DNA from: Bacteroidaceae bacterium
Lineage (GTDB): Bacteria > Bacteroidota > Bacteroidia > Bacteroidales > Barnesiellaceae_A
Length of the DNA stretch: 64,000 nt
Assembly: GCA_017522135.1 (NCBI GenBank)
Contig: JAFXAB010000013.1
Location: 15,375 to 79,374, forward strand
Direction of reading: 5' to 3'
The position numbers and the translations under genes were made by a program. Positions 20,686 to 29,558 of this stretch are shown here, in pieces (positions within the stretch are counted from its first letter, which is position 1; every line of letters begins with the position of its first letter). The notes under the pieces are model-generated. The model searched no databases and was not told where the DNA came from. It saw nothing but the letters and a program-made list of their open reading frames with translations.

Positions 20686-21828
20686 ATGAAAAAAGGTGTT
20701 CTACAAGTTCTTAAGTTGATACTTGCATTGGCCGGAGGTGGAGCTATAGGACTTATCATTGCATTGCTTTTTACAGGTACTTCAGTAAACGAATTTCTGT
20801 CGAAACTTACCCACATTGATTGGGTAGAGACGGGTGGTGCAGGATTATTCTCTATTCTATGCGCTTTTGTCGCAATGGGTATCCACACGATAATTCATGA
20901 GGCCGGTCATCTCATAGCCGGATTGATGTCGGGATATAAGTTTTTACTATTTCGCATAGGCAGCCTTACCCTTATACACAGTGACGGAAAATACCAACTC
21001 AAAAGATTTCCCCTTGAAGGAACAGGCGGTCAGTGCCTGATGATTCCGCCCCAACTTCCCATTGAGAGTATTCCCACCAAGCTCTATAATCTGGGTGGCG
21101 TCCTTATCAACATACTCTGCTCGGCATTAGCCATTATCATTGCCTTGACAAGTAATAATGTATGGGTTACAATCGCATTTTTATTGTTTGCTCTTATAGG
21201 ATTCATTTTTGCCGCACTTAACGGTATCCCCATGAAGATAGGTGGCATAAGCAACGACGGAAAGAATGTACAACTTCTCGACAAAGATACCCTCAGCAAA
21301 AAGGCTTTTATCAACCAACTCATGATACATGCCATAACACAGCAAGGTACACGCCCACGCGATATACCCGATGAATATCTTACATTTTCTACCAACATCG
21401 ACTTCAAAGACGCACTGCAAGTCAATTGGTTGCTTATGTCGGCAGTAACACTGATGGATAGAAGAGAGTATGAGGCCTCGTATCAGATATTAGACACCAT
21501 TATACAACATGAGAGCGAAGTTCTCGGGCTGTTTGCCAAAGAAACAAAGTGCGAACTTGTATTCGCATCATTGATAACCGGGCGCATCGACCAAGCCAAC
21601 AAACTATACAGCGACGAGATAGCCTCATACGCCCAACAATATCACAAAACCATGAGCAACAAGTTGCGATTGCTCTGTGCCACTGCATTTTACATAGAGA
21701 GCAACACCGAGAAGGCGCATCTTCTGCAAGAACAAATCATAACCAATCGCAACAAATACCTGATGCAAGGCGAGGTACTTATGGACATTGACTTGATAGA
21801 AGAAATTTTATCCGATAAAAAACCATAA
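20686..21828 (+). CDS. Integral membrane putative zinc metalloprotease (HEXXH) with a helical C-terminal domain
   Basis: 380 aa with several TM helices and a HEAGH motif directly after TM2 (IHTIIHEAGHLIAG). The C-terminal ~170 aa are soluble and helical (TPR-like in feel). No precise family is assigned. Confidence 0.55.
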   Translation: MKKGVLQVLKLILALAGGGAIGLIIALLFTGTSVNEFLSKLTHIDWVETGGAGLFSILCAFVAMGIHTIIHEAGHLIAGLMSGYKFLLFRIGSLTLIHSDGKYQLKRFPLEGTGGQCLMIPPQLPIESIPTKLYNLGGVLINILCSALAIIIALTSNNVWVTIAFLLFALIGFIFAALNGIPMKIGGISNDGKNVQLLDKDTLSKKAFINQLMIHAITQQGTRPRDIPDEYLTFSTNIDFKDALQVNWLLMSAVTLMDRREYEASYQILDTIIQHESEVLGLFAKETKCELVFASLITGRIDQANKLYSDEIASYAQQYHKTMSNKLRLLCATAFYIESNTEKAHLLQEQIITNRNKYLMQGEVLMDIDLIEEILSDKKP

Positions 21829-21857
21829 TAAATATGCTATTTGTTAGGCATTTTTTG

Positions 21858-21865
21858 TAAGTTTG
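21858..21865 (+). promoter_or_regulatory. -7 promoter box (TAAGTTTG) upstream of the threonine dehydratase gene
   Basis: TAAGTTTG lies on the plus strand, 37 nt before the ATG at 21902. Confidence 0.5.
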
Positions 21866-21901
21866 CACCATAAATATAATTAATCATAATACTCCTAAAA
21901 C

Positions 21902-23083
21902 ATGCTTACAATTGATCGTATTCGTCACGCTGCCGAAGTGCTGAGTAGTGTTGTCAGACGTACCGACATGATACGTGCACCCCGCATCAACTGCGACAGT
22001 GAAATTTACCTCAAGACCGAGAACCTACAGGTAACAGGTTCTTTCAAAGTAAGAGGTGCTTATTACAAAATATCACAACTCACCGAGGAGGAGAAAAAAC
22101 GCGGTGTGATTGCATGCTCGGCCGGCAATCATGCTCAAGGTGTTGCCCTTGGTGCTACCAAAAACGGCATCAAATCTCTCATTTGCCTCCCTGCCGGTGC
22201 ACCCATCTCTAAGATTGAGGCTACCAAGCGTCTCGGTGCTGAAGTATGCCTCGTAAATGGTGTATACGATGACGCTTATGCCAAGGCATTGGAACTCAGA
22301 GACCAACACGGTTACACTTTTGTACACCCCTTCGACGACGAGTTGGTTATCGCCGGTCAAGGTACTATCGGTCTTGAAATTCTCGAACAACTTCCCGATG
22401 TTGAGGCTGTTATTGTTCCCATCGGCGGTGGTGGTCTTATCTCAGGTGTAGCACTTGCACTCAAGACTCTCAAACCCGACGTTAAAATATATGGTGTACA
22501 AGCCGCAGGCGCTCCCAGCATGGAGGTTTCGGTTAAAGAGAACAAAATCATCCGTCTCCCCTCGGTATCAACTATTGCCGATGGTATAGCCGTAAAAGAG
22601 CCTGGTGTAAACACCTTTAAATACTGCTGTGAGTATGTTGACGAAATAGCCTCTATCACAGACGAGGAGGTTGCAACTGCCATTCTTACTCTTATCGAAC
22701 AACATAAGATTATTGCCGAAGGTGCAGGTGCTATTGCCGTTGCAGCTGCTATGCTCAACAAGTTCCCCATCAAGGGCAAAAAGACTGTGTGCCTCGTATC
22801 GGGTGGTAACGTCGATGTACCCATCCTTTCGCGTGTCGTTAAGACAGGTTTGTCTCACGTAGGTCGCTCTGTAGCATTGAAAGTTGAATTGCCCAACAAG
22901 CCCGGCAAACTACGTGAAATTCTTGCTATTATTGCCGAACATGGTTCTAACATTCAACGCATCAAACTCAAAGACAGCTCTACATACGGTGGTTATGCCG
23001 AGATACGCCTCGAAACCCGCAATCACGAGCACATCTCTGAGATTAAAGCTGCCTTGAACGAGCAAGGATACAAAATCTTATAA
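21902..23083 (+). CDS. ilvA: Threonine ammonia-lyase (threonine dehydratase) with a C-terminal ACT-like domain
   Basis: 393 aa with the PLP lysine motif (TGSFKVRGA), SAGNHAQGVA and GGGGLISG, plus a short regulatory C-terminal domain. I cannot decide between a biosynthetic and a catabolic role. Confidence 0.85.
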   Translation: MLTIDRIRHAAEVLSSVVRRTDMIRAPRINCDSEIYLKTENLQVTGSFKVRGAYYKISQLTEEEKKRGVIACSAGNHAQGVALGATKNGIKSLICLPAGAPISKIEATKRLGAEVCLVNGVYDDAYAKALELRDQHGYTFVHPFDDELVIAGQGTIGLEILEQLPDVEAVIVPIGGGGLISGVALALKTLKPDVKIYGVQAAGAPSMEVSVKENKIIRLPSVSTIADGIAVKEPGVNTFKYCCEYVDEIASITDEEVATAILTLIEQHKIIAEGAGAIAVAAAMLNKFPIKGKKTVCLVSGGNVDVPILSRVVKTGLSHVGRSVALKVELPNKPGKLREILAIIAEHGSNIQRIKLKDSSTYGGYAEIRLETRNHEHISEIKAALNEQGYKIL

Positions 23084-23108
23084 TTGAGTAAAACTCTTAT
23101 ACTGTATA

Positions 23109-23142
23109 AAGAGGCTGTACCAAAATTTTGGTACAGCCTCTT
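23109..23142 (+). terminator. Hairpin downstream of the threonine dehydratase gene
   Basis: aagaggctgtacc (23109-23121) pairs with ggtacagcctctt (23130-23142), giving a 13-bp perfect stem and an 8-nt loop. The U-tract is weak. Confidence 0.55.
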
Positions 23143-23275
23143 AAGGTTTGCAACAATTGTAAAAAAAAGCACAAGGTGTTGATATTTAGGGCAAAGGAGT
23201 GTACGCAGGTAGATGAACGAGCCCTGATATTGAAAACAACACAGCAGTGTGTCAATTATGACACTCCACCCTTTT

Positions 23276-23866
23276 TCATACTCTCTCGCTCTTTCTCAAC
23301 AAGCCCAAGTATTCAAACAATATACGATACGATGCAGCCTTTTTATCGATACTCATAGGATAGGCTCTTGATGACGAAGGCATACGAAAGAGACGCACCT
23401 GACGCCCGGCACACACACCTTCGACACATGCGCCCACTGCCGGTCGCTCCACTTGCAATAACGCACACAACGTGTCGGTAGCCTTCTCTCCGGTCGTGAC
23501 AATAGTACTGCACTGCGGCAATTTTCGCAACAACTCGGGCACATTGGTAGGTGTTACCACCTCCAAAAACTTATCTGAGGCATTATCCTTAAGCCTGCGC
23601 ACCTCTGTAGCTGTATCATAGAGGGCTATACCCTTTTCATTACAGAAGGCAATAATAGCATCACGGTCAAACCGCCTTTCACCGACATACTCAAAATGAT
23701 GCTTATCGTCATAAAAGAGCAACCCCATTATTCGCCACATATCGTTTATCCAATTGGGATAGAAAAACTCCATCGACCAACGCTCACGCTTGGGTGGAAA
23801 GCTACCTAACATGAGCAGACGGGCATTGCATGGCAAGAATGGCTGTAGAGGATGCTTCTCGGTCAT
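23276..23866 (-). CDS. Uracil-DNA glycosylase superfamily protein (deoxyinosine/mismatch glycosylase-like)
   Basis: 196 aa. LLMLGSFPP near the N-terminus and a PSSSRA-type C-terminal motif fit the small UDG-family enzymes. Confidence 0.65.
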   Translation of the reverse strand: MTEKHPLQPFLPCNARLLMLGSFPPKRERWSMEFFYPNWINDMWRIMGLLFYDDKHHFEYVGERRFDRDAIIAFCNEKGIALYDTATEVRRLKDNASDKFLEVVTPTNVPELLRKLPQCSTIVTTGEKATDTLCALLQVERPAVGACVEGVCAGRQVRLFRMPSSSRAYPMSIDKKAASYRILFEYLGLLRKSERV

Positions 23867-23898
23867 ATTTATTTCTTTCTTGTTACTACTGCAAAGAT

Positions 23899-23932
23899 AA
23901 AAAAAAGAGTCGCTACAACGATGCAGCGACTC
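23899..23932 (-). terminator. Rho-independent terminator after dsbD
   Basis: gagtcgct (23907-23914) pairs with agcgactc (23925-23932). On the minus strand the hairpin is followed by a run of 8 T (A-run 23899-23906 on plus). Confidence 0.6.
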
Positions 23933-23954
23933 CCATATCTAATGTGCGATTAGA

Positions 23955-25898
23955 TTAATAGTTGTCCTTACCTGTGTTAAGGAACTCCAAGAAGTGTTCT
24001 ACGTTCTTGTCGAAGGCATAAGAACCTGAGAGAGGATTACCCTCGTTGTCGAGAATTACGTAGAAAGGTTGAGCATTTGCACCGAATTTGTAACGTTGCA
24101 AGAAGCTCCACTTGTCACCTACGGTCTTCAATGTACGTTTTTGACCATTCTCTACTACTTCCATGGGAACAGCAAGAGGTGTCTTGTCGTCAACATAGAG
24201 CGATACGAGGATAAAGTCTTCGCGCATGATGTCGCGTACTTTGTCGTCGGTCCATACAGAAGCCTCCATCTCACGGCAGTTTACACAACCGTAACCTGTG
24301 AAGTCAACCAATACGGGCTTACCGGCTTGCATAGCAGCTTGCATACCTTGCTCGTAGTCGTGGTACTCGGCCTCAACCTCGTCAACATAGAGGCTGAAGT
24401 CTTGTGTATACATGGGAGGAGCAAATGCGCTGACAGCCTTACAGGGAGCACCCCACAAACCGGGAACCATGTAGATGGCAAATGCGAATGAAATCATAGC
24501 CAAGAAGTAGCGGGGAACCGATACATAAGGAAGCTCGTCGTCGTGGGGGAATTTGAGTTTACCTACCAAGTAGAAGCCCATTGAAGCGAAGATTACAATC
24601 CACAAAGCGAGGAATGTAGGACGGTTGAGCAAGCCCCAACCATAAGCGAGGTCGGCTACCGAGAGGAACTTCAATGACAATGCGAGCTCGATGAAACCAA
24701 GCACAACCTTGATGCTGTTCATCCAACCACCCGAGCGAGGAGCAGACTTAAGCATTGAGGGGAAGAGTGCAAAGAGTGTGAAAGGCAATGCCAATGCAAC
24801 AGCAAAACCAAACATACCCATGGTAGGAGCAATGATTGAACCTGTAGTTGAAATCTCTACCAACAAGAAACCGATGATAGGACCTGTACAAGAGAACGAT
24901 ACGAGAGCCAAAGTAAAGGCCATGAAGAAGATACTCAACAAACCGGTAGTCTTCTCGGCCTTGCTATCGATGGCGTTGCTCCAAGAAGCGGGAAGTGTAA
25001 TCTCGAATGCACCAAAGAACGAAGCTGCAAAGATAACCAACATCAAGAAGAAGATGATGTTAAATACAGCATTGGTCGAGAGCGCATTCAAGGCACTTGC
25101 ACCAAAGATAAGTGTAACAAGGAGACCCAATGTTACGTAAATAACGATGATGAAGATACCGTAAGTGATAGCATCACGTATACCTTGCGAACGGTCTTTA
25201 GAGCGTTTCAAGAAGAAGCTCACTGTCATAGGGATGATAGGCCATACACAGGGAGTAAACAAGGCTACCAAACCGCCCACGAAACCGGCAATGAAAATAG
25301 CAAACAAAGATTGGCTTGCAGCAGCATCTTCTGTTGCTTGATCACCGGCTTGGCTCAATTGCTCAATAACAGGAGTCCACAAAGGATTGGCTACAGCAAT
25401 ATCCTCTACGGGAGTCTCTTCCGATACAGCAACAGCACCCTTTGAATAGTTGAAGGGCGACTCTACGGGCATACATGCACCGTCGGTACATGCTTGACCT
25501 TCCAAGAGACCTTCAAAGCGATAGTTTTCGGGGTCGGCAATTTTGAGGCGTTGTACGAAAGAACCCACGTTTGAAAAATAATTTACATTCATCTCAAACA
25601 TTGCATCGTACTCGGTGTGTACTTCACCTACACTTTGCAATTCACCGTCAAGTTCTACACCTTCCATTACATCTACACGCAATGCAGCAGGCATAGGACC
25701 ATCCTCGGGTACATCGGTAGTGTACAAGTGCCAGCCATCTTCAATAGCAGCATTGAACACCAATTCGGCCTCGGTATCCGAAACCATTTTCAACTCCTGA
25801 GTCCATTTTACAGGCTCAAGCATTTGCGCAAAAGCAACGTTGCAGCAAGCCAACAACGCAGCCAAGCATAGCATAGTTTTTCTGATTTGAGTTTTCAT
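23955..25898 (-). CDS. dsbD: Protein-disulfide reductase, DsbD family (three-domain form)
   Basis: 647 aa. It has a signal peptide plus an N-terminal domain with GQACTDGACMP. The central multi-TM core has Cys in TM segments (FTPCVWPIIP, SFSCTGPIIG). The C-terminal thioredoxin domain carries GYGCVNCREME. Confidence 0.88.
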   Translation of the reverse strand: MKTQIRKTMLCLAALLACCNVAFAQMLEPVKWTQELKMVSDTEAELVFNAAIEDGWHLYTTDVPEDGPMPAALRVDVMEGVELDGELQSVGEVHTEYDAMFEMNVNYFSNVGSFVQRLKIADPENYRFEGLLEGQACTDGACMPVESPFNYSKGAVAVSEETPVEDIAVANPLWTPVIEQLSQAGDQATEDAAASQSLFAIFIAGFVGGLVALFTPCVWPIIPMTVSFFLKRSKDRSQGIRDAITYGIFIIVIYVTLGLLVTLIFGASALNALSTNAVFNIIFFLMLVIFAASFFGAFEITLPASWSNAIDSKAEKTTGLLSIFFMAFTLALVSFSCTGPIIGFLLVEISTTGSIIAPTMGMFGFAVALALPFTLFALFPSMLKSAPRSGGWMNSIKVVLGFIELALSLKFLSVADLAYGWGLLNRPTFLALWIVIFASMGFYLVGKLKFPHDDELPYVSVPRYFLAMISFAFAIYMVPGLWGAPCKAVSAFAPPMYTQDFSLYVDEVEAEYHDYEQGMQAAMQAGKPVLVDFTGYGCVNCREMEASVWTDDKVRDIMREDFILVSLYVDDKTPLAVPMEVVENGQKRTLKTVGDKWSFLQRYKFGANAQPFYVILDNEGNPLSGSYAFDKNVEHFLEFLNTGKDNY

Positions 25899-25934
25899 AT
25901 TTCTATTTAGTTATGTGTCTCTTTTAACGCATGC

Positions 25935-25963
25935 AGAGACGCACTTACTGAATGTGCGTCTCT
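25935..25963 (-). other. Hairpin between the T9SS cargo gene and dsbD (no U-tract)
   Basis: agagacgcac (25935-25944) pairs with gtgcgtctct (25954-25963). The minus strand has no T-run after it, so it is a weak terminator at best and read-through into dsbD is plausible. Confidence 0.4.
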
Positions 25964-26000
25964 ACATACTATAGGAGTATGTCTGTCCTTTGACCTTATT

Positions 26001-27902
26001 TTACAATACAACCTTGTGTGTTGTTGCCACTCCATTGCAAACAACATTCACCAAGTAAACGCCACGACCTGCAACACGGCAGTCTACAACCGACTTACCT
26101 GTTACATAACGAGGTGAGGCAGCGTATACCAAACGGCCATCGGTGGCATAAACATTTACCTCAACATCGGCATCGGCATTAATCTCTACACGTATACCGC
26201 CGTTGGTTGCGTAGGCACGGGTAGCAGCATCTCTCTCAATGGCATCTACCGATGTAGGATCACTGATAGTGCTACACTTGGCCGCATTCAATACCATACC
26301 GGTCTCAAAGTCAAGAAGAAGTACGATAAATTCGCAGTTCTCTATATTAAATATATTGGCAGGTATTGTACTTACTTCGGCGTAGTGCTTGTATGTCACG
26401 TCCATATCTATTGCAGTAGGGACACTACCGGCAATACCCTCACCGATGTTGTCGGTAATGATGTAGCGCACTACATCGTCATAGAACATATCGGCGGCAG
26501 GAACGGGGTTAGCTTTATTCTCATAGTCAGCCATCTGACCATATTGACCACCGGCATAGTAGTTTGTTTGGTCATAGTTGTTGTTACCGGGTTGGTTTAC
26601 ATCATCCTCTACGATAACATACTCAAGACGAGTATCCAAGTTGCGAGCATTGAGTGCAAAAGTTGTGTTGGTAGTAAGCAAAATACCACTCTTTGTATCG
26701 TCAATCCACTCGGCAGAGATAGCTATATCGGCCAATGCGGGAGTATTGATATAGTCATTGTACAAAGTGGGGAAGTCAGAGGGGTCGCATTGGGCTGTAG
26801 CTTGATCGCGTTGTACACGACCCAAGGGAGCGCCTGCACCACCACCTGTTGATGTAGAGAAGTAGTTGCTATAGTCATAATATTGCATAATGTCGTTGAT
26901 GTGCGATGCAATACCAATGTAAGTATCGGGATACATTTCGTCCATCTTCTCCATGAACACATGACCACGAACACACCAGCCACACCAAGTACCTGTTTGC
27001 TCCTCACACACTACGCGCTTGGTAGGTTGGTAAGCTTGTGTGATGATTTCGCCTTGAGCTGTTACAGTCTCAGTACCATTAACGAGTACCGACACCTCAA
27101 AGAATTGACCCTCACCGGCTGTAGGCGCGGGAAGTGTCTCATCAAATTGGAATACATAAGCAGCACCGGCTTCGATAGTCAAGTTCTCCTCAGCATGACG
27201 TGTAGTGAAATCGCCACAAGTAAGTGTTGCATCGATAGATGTTACAGCGTCGCCATAACCGGCAGTAAGCTCAACAGCGATGCGTTGTCCTGTAGCAGCA
27301 TTCTCTTGCAAACGTGTATATTGGGCCTTTACAGTAGCAATAGGCAACACACCTACAAAGAGATTATCAACAACGAGCATATCTTTACCACGGCTCTTGT
27401 TAATGATGGCAATGTACACTGTTTGACCGGCATAAGCCGACAAGTCAACACCAAAATTACCCTCGGTAATAAGCTCATCGGCAAGCAATACAGTTGTAAA
27501 GTCTTCGATTGCCACACCGGTAGTTGAGAGTTTCACATCAACTGTAGCAACACGTTGTGTATTGCTATAAGCCACAGTATAAGCATCGAACGACAATGTA
27601 TTACCCTCGCCCAATGTGATAGCGGGAGTGACAAGCCAATCTTCGGCAGTAGCAGTAGCTTTCTTGTGCGAAGAGTTGCTCATTGCCACATATTCCTTTT
27701 CGATAGTACCGAAAATCCATGAAGCACCATCGGCCGAGAAACCATACTTTTGTGCTGTTACTGAAGGTACAGCACCGTCTTGGTCGTAGCAAGTAAATCC
27801 TTCACCACCGTTGGTAAAATCCCATGACCAGGGCGCATCAACCGCAAGGGTTGCACACACTGCACAAAGAGACAATACCGATGTCAAAAATAATTTCTTC
27901 AT
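26001..27902 (-). CDS. T9SS-sorted surface protein: choice-of-anchor-J-like N-domain, Ig-like domain, Omp28-like thioredoxin-fold CxxC domain and a T9SS CTD
   Basis: 633 aa with a signal peptide. The N-domain has DWLVTPAI...VYIAIINKS..VVDNLFV. The motif CEEQTGTWCGWCVRG is present. The C-terminus GVYLVNVVCNGVATTHKVVL is typical of T9SS sorting domains. Confidence 0.65.
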   Translation of the reverse strand: MKKLFLTSVLSLCAVCATLAVDAPWSWDFTNGGEGFTCYDQDGAVPSVTAQKYGFSADGASWIFGTIEKEYVAMSNSSHKKATATAEDWLVTPAITLGEGNTLSFDAYTVAYSNTQRVATVDVKLSTTGVAIEDFTTVLLADELITEGNFGVDLSAYAGQTVYIAIINKSRGKDMLVVDNLFVGVLPIATVKAQYTRLQENAATGQRIAVELTAGYGDAVTSIDATLTCGDFTTRHAEENLTIEAGAAYVFQFDETLPAPTAGEGQFFEVSVLVNGTETVTAQGEIITQAYQPTKRVVCEEQTGTWCGWCVRGHVFMEKMDEMYPDTYIGIASHINDIMQYYDYSNYFSTSTGGGAGAPLGRVQRDQATAQCDPSDFPTLYNDYINTPALADIAISAEWIDDTKSGILLTTNTTFALNARNLDTRLEYVIVEDDVNQPGNNNYDQTNYYAGGQYGQMADYENKANPVPAADMFYDDVVRYIITDNIGEGIAGSVPTAIDMDVTYKHYAEVSTIPANIFNIENCEFIVLLLDFETGMVLNAAKCSTISDPTSVDAIERDAATRAYATNGGIRVEINADADVEVNVYATDGRLVYAASPRYVTGKSVVDCRVAGRGVYLVNVVCNGVATTHKVVL

Positions 27903-27914
27903 ATAAGTACGTTA

Positions 27915-28670
27915 TTAGCGAACTACAATCTTTTGTGATTTCACGTTGCGGCCACCTTCAACCAAGGTATATACATAAACACCTTTGGGAAGACGATCGA
28001 GTGCAACCTCACCATTGTTACCATCGAGAGCAACAGTAGCTACACGAGCACCTACAATGTTGGTAACAACGAGGCTACGCTCGGCAACAGCGTCAAATGC
28101 ATAGTTGCATACGAGGTTATCACCACGTTGGAATACTTTAATGTTATTGGCCATGCTAGCACCGTGAAGTGCGGCAACACGTGAGTAGTCGAATACTACA
28201 GTTACATAAGTAAGGTCATCTTCATTGGCAGTGTTAACCATCACGAAGTCCGCCTTAACAAATGCATCTTTGTAACCCATCATAGCATCTGACATGATAC
28301 CGAAAGCGATGTGAACCTCGCAATCAGGCTCACCGGCAGCATTTACTATGAAGGGAGGAGCTGTTACACTTGCACCTGCAACACATTGTGTAGTACAGAT
28401 AGTCATTTGGTCACCAAAGCCCATACCTTCCAAGTTTTCGTATTTGTTCTCGTAGCTATCATATGAGATTTGTACTTCTACATCCTTACCGGTATTGTTC
28501 TTAAAACCAACATGCCAAGGCATCTCACCCATAGTGGGATCATATTCAAGAACATCAACAACAGCACCATCTTCAAGCACCTCACCGTTATATACAAATT
28601 GTACAGAGGGTTGTGCTTGTGCGCATATTGCAGCAACAGCAGCAACAGCAAAAAGTAAAATTTTCTTCAT
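27915..28670 (-). CDS. Small secreted protein with a T9SS C-terminal sorting domain
   Basis: 251 aa with the signal peptide MKKILLFAVAAVAAICAQA and the C-terminus LPKGVYVYTLVEGGRNVKSQKIVVR. Confidence 0.6.
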   Translation of the reverse strand: MKKILLFAVAAVAAICAQAQPSVQFVYNGEVLEDGAVVDVLEYDPTMGEMPWHVGFKNNTGKDVEVQISYDSYENKYENLEGMGFGDQMTICTTQCVAGASVTAPPFIVNAAGEPDCEVHIAFGIMSDAMMGYKDAFVKADFVMVNTANEDDLTYVTVVFDYSRVAALHGASMANNIKVFQRGDNLVCNYAFDAVAERSLVVTNIVGARVATVALDGNNGEVALDRLPKGVYVYTLVEGGRNVKSQKIVVR

Positions 28671-28709
28671 ACTATATCCTTTCTTTAATAATTTATATTC
28701 TTCCTATAA

Positions 28710-29552
28710 TTATTGTGCTACAACAGCAGCTTGGTTGCATTGCAACACACGCTTGCTTGAGTTTTCATACACAAACACTACAACCGCGCAGTTCTCAGGA
28801 ACCCATTCTTTGCTGAAATTGGCAGTGCATGTATATGTTTTCTTTTCACCTGCAGGAAGCGACTCGATGCTCTCGCCCCATGTACCATTGGCTGCGGCAC
28901 GGAACACATGGTAGTGCTCATACTCCTCGTCAATAACATCGCCGGGCTTCAACTGCATACCGATAACGTTCTCAACGATTTGCACTTGCAAGTTGAGGTC
29001 GGCGGGCATGTTTTCATAAGCTTCTATTTCGGTAGTTACCGAAAGTTCACGAGTCTCGTCATTGGCTTTATATGTTAATGTTACAGTAGGTATCACCTCG
29101 CATATAGGCTCTTTACCGAGCTCCGATATAGCGTAAGTCATCCATTTCTCTTTGGTGCGCACAGCCCAGTCTTCGCCCGAAAACTGCTCGCGATTGAGCA
29201 ATGCTGCAGGATTACCTTGTACACCAAAGGTGTTATAATAAGTATTACCGTCGGCAGTAATGAACTTTTGCTTGGCAAACTCACCGGTGGGCATAGCCAA
29301 CATACCTGCATGAATACCTACAACCATCACACGACCGGGATAGTACTCTTGTATTTCATGAACGATGGCGGCACCATCGGGACAGTTGACACATTTATGA
29401 CCGGTAAATTCCTCGATAAGCAAACGTTGTACACGCTCACCGGCTTGATCCTCTACCTCAATGTAACGATCGTTCTCGGGGATAACATCACACGACACGA
29501 AGGCTACCAATGCAAAAACAGATGCTATAATATTTAATAATGTGCGTTTCAT
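28710..29552 (-). CDS. Omp28-related lipoprotein with a thioredoxin-like CxxC motif
   Basis: 280 aa with a lipoprotein signal (ALVAFVSCDV), IEEFTGHKCVNCPDG (Cys54/Cys57) and no CTD. Confidence 0.65.
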   Translation of the reverse strand: MKRTLLNIIASVFALVAFVSCDVIPENDRYIEVEDQAGERVQRLLIEEFTGHKCVNCPDGAAIVHEIQEYYPGRVMVVGIHAGMLAMPTGEFAKQKFITADGNTYYNTFGVQGNPAALLNREQFSGEDWAVRTKEKWMTYAISELGKEPICEVIPTVTLTYKANDETRELSVTTEIEAYENMPADLNLQVQIVENVIGMQLKPGDVIDEEYEHYHVFRAAANGTWGESIESLPAGEKKTYTCTANFSKEWVPENCAVVVFVYENSSKRVLQCNQAAVVAQ

Positions 29553-29558
29553 ACTTTA

